DNA from: Akkermansia muciniphila ATCC BAA-835
GTDB taxonomy: Bacteria; Verrucomicrobiota; Verrucomicrobiia; Verrucomicrobiales; Akkermansiaceae
Assembly (NCBI RefSeq): GCF_000020225.1
Contig: NC_010655.1
Location: forward strand, 300,001 to 332,000
Length of the DNA: 32,000 nt
Direction: 5' to 3'
Shown here: positions 28,956 through 32,000 of the stretch, in pieces
Layout of the letters: each line of letters begins with the position of its first letter
Position numbering within the stretch: position 1 is the stretch's first letter
Notes under the pieces: generated by a model
The model's input: the letters and a program-made list of their open reading frames with translations, nothing else
What the model was told of the DNA's origin: nothing
Databases searched by the model: none
Program-made: the position numbers and the translations under genes

Positions 28956-30005
28956 TTATTTGGGGTACACTTCGGCAACCTCCGGAATAGTGCCCAGCCG
29001 GGCCATCTCCTCTTCTATGAGGGGGTTGACGCCCTGCTGCACCATTTCCATGGAAACTCTCAGGGCATTGCGAATGGCTACAGGGGTAGAACTGCCATGC
29101 GCAATGATGGTCACGCCCCTGACGCCCAGAAGAGGGCTTCCCCCTACGGAGTCCGCAGAAAGGCGCGCTTTCATGGCACGGAATGCTCCGGAGGCGCAGG
29201 CAGCTCCAACCATACGGAACGGATTTGCCTTAAGTTCCTCTTTCAGCCATTTGCTGAAAGCCTTGGCGGTAGCCTCGCATGTTTTCAACAGGACGTTTCC
29301 GGTAAAACCGTCTGTCAGAGCCACATCTATTTCATGTTCAAAAAGATCGTGGCCTTCCACATTTCCTACGAATTTAAAAGGGAGCGCACCGCGCTCCTCC
29401 AAATGCTTCAACAGACAAAAAGTTCCCTTGGTAAAATCTGTTCCCTTTTCATCTTCAGAGCCATTGCTCATAACTCCCACCTTAGGCATCTGTTTGCCGT
29501 AAACAGAACGCGCCAGAATGCTGGCCATAACGGCATACCCTACCAAATGCCGGGGCTTGGCATCCGGGTTGGCTCCGGTATCAGTCACATTGCAGACTCC
29601 GAATTCATTCGGAAGCTGGGTCACAATGCCCGCACGTTCCACACCATCCAGCAACCTCAGTTTGACGGTGGCAGCCGCTACAGCCGCCCCCGTATTGCCC
29701 GCGCTGACCACGGCATCCGCATCTCCGGACTTGACCAGATCCACGGAAATGGACATGGATGAATTTTTTTTCTTTCTCACCGCCAACAATCCGGATTCAT
29801 TCATTTCCACAACTTCCGCAGCCGGAACGATCTCCACGCGCGGGCCGGAAAGCCCCCAGCGGTCACAAGAGCTGCGCACCGTTTCTTCCCTTCCCACAAG
29901 ATAAATTTTTTCAATGAGAGGAAAATCCTGCAGGGCCCGCTTCGCCCCGTCCACGTTAATATCGGGCGCGTTGTCGCCGCCCATCACATCCAGTGCAATC
30001 TTCAT
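28956..30005 (-). CDS. plsX: Phosphate acyltransferase PlsX
   Basis: 349 aa. MKIALDVMGGDNAP, VVSAGNTGA and NVEG motifs. Sits in the conserved yceD-rpmF-plsX arrangement. Confidence 0.93.
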   Translation of the reverse strand: MKIALDVMGGDNAPDINVDGAKRALQDFPLIEKIYLVGREETVRSSCDRWGLSGPRVEIVPAAEVVEMNESGLLAVRKKKNSSMSISVDLVKSGDADAVVSAGNTGAAVAAATVKLRLLDGVERAGIVTQLPNEFGVCNVTDTGANPDAKPRHLVGYAVMASILARSVYGKQMPKVGVMSNGSEDEKGTDFTKGTFCLLKHLEERGALPFKFVGNVEGHDLFEHEIDVALTDGFTGNVLLKTCEATAKAFSKWLKEELKANPFRMVGAACASGAFRAMKARLSADSVGGSPLLGVRGVTIIAHGSSTPVAIRNALRVSMEMVQQGVNPLIEEEMARLGTIPEVAEVYPK

Positions 30006-30153
30006 ATTATCTGTTGAAGAAATGTGTTAGCAGAAAAAACAGTCCGCTTCAAGCAAGTTCAGCCGCTTTGCGAAGCAAAAGCGGCTGGAAAGTCTATATG
30101 ATAGCGCCGCAATACGGCGATAATTTTCAAGGCAAATGCGGCGCCCGCGGAAC

Positions 30154-30345
30154 TTACGCTTCCGCTTTCACCACAATTTCCTTGCCGGAACGGGTCGTGT
30201 ACGTACCGCAATTGGGGCAAGCGGTATGGCCGGGGGTGCTGCTGCCGCAATTCTGGCACTTGCGGAGCTTCGGCGCGCGCCATGCCTGAGCGGCAAGGCG
30301 GGTACGCTGCTTCATCTTGGACGTTCTGCGCTTAGGTGCTGCCAT
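30154..30345 (-). CDS. rpmF: 50S ribosomal protein L32
   Basis: 63 aa. [16 protein letters not shown]...CQNCG....HTACPNCG (zinc ribbon). Confidence 0.93.
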
Positions 30346-30368
30346 AATTTTAGTTGGTAAAAAGGTGA

Positions 30369-30860
30369 TTAATGATGATCTCCCAGTTCATTGAGGGCGT
30401 CCCACACGCCGCTATTCCTGATCGGGGCAGAACTGTTTACACCCGTTCCCCCCTCTTTGTCCACTCCAAAATACGGAGTTTTCGCCATACAGTCGTTTTC
30501 CATGCCTCCGTCAGCACACTTCGGGTATGCCGGAAAATCCAGAACTATTTCTTCCCTCAAGGAATCTGAAACATCCACAACATTCTGTGAATCAATCTGG
30601 AAAGAAGCCGCGAAATCACAAACTTCCACCACGTAGTCAAAGTAGCCCAGGCAACGCACACAGCGGAATTTAAAGGGGGCGGAAATATTGCCTCTTACAA
30701 ACAATTCATTTTCAAATCTCTGCACATGCAGATCAAAAGCAAGAGGACCAATGGAAGTAACCTCTTCATCATCAATGCCGAAAATTTCAGAATCCAGTTC
30801 GCCGCTGTATTTTTTCCCTGCCTCCGGCAAGTTCTCCAGTTCTACCAGCAATCTTTTCAT
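30369..30860 (-). CDS. yceD: YceD-family (DUF177) protein
   Basis: 163 aa. Immediately upstream of rpmF. Has the typical FRCVRCL...C.....C Cys pattern and an acidic composition. Confidence 0.8.
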
Positions 30861-30971
30861 GAGTATATCTTACAGGCATACTTAATGCCTGACAAGCAGG
30901 CAGGGCGGCACCATTCATGGAAAATGACACATCCGTCCCTCTTTCAGGCAAATGCCCGAATTCGCTCCGGC

Positions 30972-31316
30972 CTAACCGGGAGGCCATTCCAGCTTGCGGC
31001 CTGCCAACAGATGCATGTGCAAATGGGGGACAGCTTCCCCGGCGTCATGCCCATTGTTGATGACCAGGCGAAAGCCACCTTCATCCAGATGAAGAGTCCG
31101 GGCAATCCGCCCGACTGCCAGCATCATGTGTCCCAGAAGGGCGGCATCTTCCTTCCCGGCCTCGGAAAGGCGGGGAATGGGCTTGCGCGGAACAAGCAGC
31201 AAATGTTCCGGTGCTTGTGGACTAATGTCCCGGAAGCAAACACACAGGTCATCCTGATATACGATGTCCGCGGGGATTTCCCCTGAACAGATTTTTTCAA
31301 ATAACGTAGCGGCCAT
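30972..31316 (-). CDS. HIT-family (histidine triad) nucleotide hydrolase
   Basis: 114 aa. LFEKICSGEIPADIVYQDD N-terminus and the HLHMHLL histidine triad. Confidence 0.9.
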   Translation of the reverse strand: MAATLFEKICSGEIPADIVYQDDLCVCFRDISPQAPEHLLLVPRKPIPRLSEAGKEDAALLGHMMLAVGRIARTLHLDEGGFRLVINNGHDAGEAVPHLHMHLLAGRKLEWPPG

Positions 31317-31371
31317 AAAATCAAAAAGGAATCTGCAATGACTTTAACATGTTTTGCAAACCGTGGGCAAG

Positions 31372-32000
31372 TTATTCCCTGACGGCTGAAGCGCGTCGCA
31401 GGCGATCCATAATAGCGCGGCCCAGGCCGGATTCCGGAACGGATTCCGCCACAATGACGTCAATAGCTTCATTTTCATCCATCTGTCTCATCAGGGCAAA
31501 CAGGCGCACGGCAGCTTCTGCCAGCCGCCCGCTGCCGGGACTCATGGCTACCACTTCCGCCCAGTCCCCTTCCCGGGCAAGAGCGGACGTTCCTTCATAG
31601 GAAAGCAGGCCGTACTTCACCCCCTCCACCGGGGCAAAATTTTCCCCCGGTTCCAGCAACAGCATAGGTTTGCGCGGGGCGTAATGGCTGGTGAGCTGCC
31701 CCGGCGCATCCGCCGGAGATTCTTCCGAAACAGGACGGCAGGAAGGCTTGCGGCGCACCACCTTGACCAGGTTGCGAAATTGTTCCCGGGTCACCGGCCC
31801 CTCACGCAGCAATTCCAGAGAGGGCTTGCCCTTCTCGTCAAGCACAGGGCGCACAATCGTGCTTTCCAGCCCCTCGGAACAGGCTCCGGCATCCAGAATC
31901 ATTTCAATACTGCCCCCCAATTCCTTCTGTACGGCAGAGGCGGAAGTAGGGCTGATATGGCCGAAGCGGTTGGCGCTGGGCGCAGCTATAGGACGCCCCA
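31372..32000 (-). CDS. tsaC: L-threonylcarbamoyladenylate synthase (Sua5/YwlC/TsaC type); 5' end outside the window
   Basis: The frame stays open upstream of the track Met. Reverse complement of 31921-32000 reads ...GRPIAAPSANRFGHISPTSASAVQKELGGSIEMILDAG (APSAN.FG..SPT motif). The C-terminal Sua5 domain follows. Confidence 0.85.
   Translation of the reverse strand, partial: GRPIAAPSANRFGHISPTSASAVQKELGGSIEMILDAGACSEGLESTIVRPVLDEKGKPSLELLREGPVTREQFRNLVKVVRRKPSCRPVSEESPADAPGQLTSHYAPRKPMLLLEPGENFAPVEGVKYGLLSYEGTSALAREGDWAEVVAMSPGSGRLAEAAVRLFALMRQMDENEAIDVIVAESVPESGLGRAIMDRLRRASAVRE

Overview
This is a chromosomal window from a Verrucomicrobiota genome. From memory, the 16S rRNA reads as Akkermansia-type; this needs a BLAST check. 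About 85% of the window is housekeeping sequence, almost all transcribed on the minus strand. In window order these are: rluB-like (partial), a small basic protein, trmD, prfB with its programmed +1 frameshift, a DtxR/MntR regulator, rpsA, the panB-folK-dapB-dapA block, one complete rRNA operon, ybeY, a PgpH-like 7TM-HD hydrolase, plsX, rpmF, yceD, a HIT protein and sua5/tsaC (partial). The rRNA operon runs 16S, tRNA-Ala, tRNA-Ile, 23S, 5S. Two short AT-richer accessory islets sit next to tRNA genes.

(1) Islet at 7.56-9.80 kb. It lies downstream of tRNA-Pro(CGG) and ends at a 47-nt degenerate copy of that tRNA's 3' half. It carries a two-gene minus-strand operon: a PA14 domain fused to a Tae4-like papain-fold peptidoglycan amidase, followed by a signal-peptide protein of unknown family. 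I read this as an orphan toxin/immunity-like module with no secretion apparatus or integrase in view. This is my best candidate for something undescribed.

(2) Islet at 24.7-26.5 kb, next to tRNA-Arg(TCT). It has two tandem paralogous proteins built from repeated HTH modules plus an RHH-like tail. They are divergent from a small 2-TM ORF that is translationally coupled to a 730-aa double-thioredoxin-fold/TPR exported protein.

I found no CRISPR array, transposase or integrase. All family assignments come from motif recognition by eye, not from searches.
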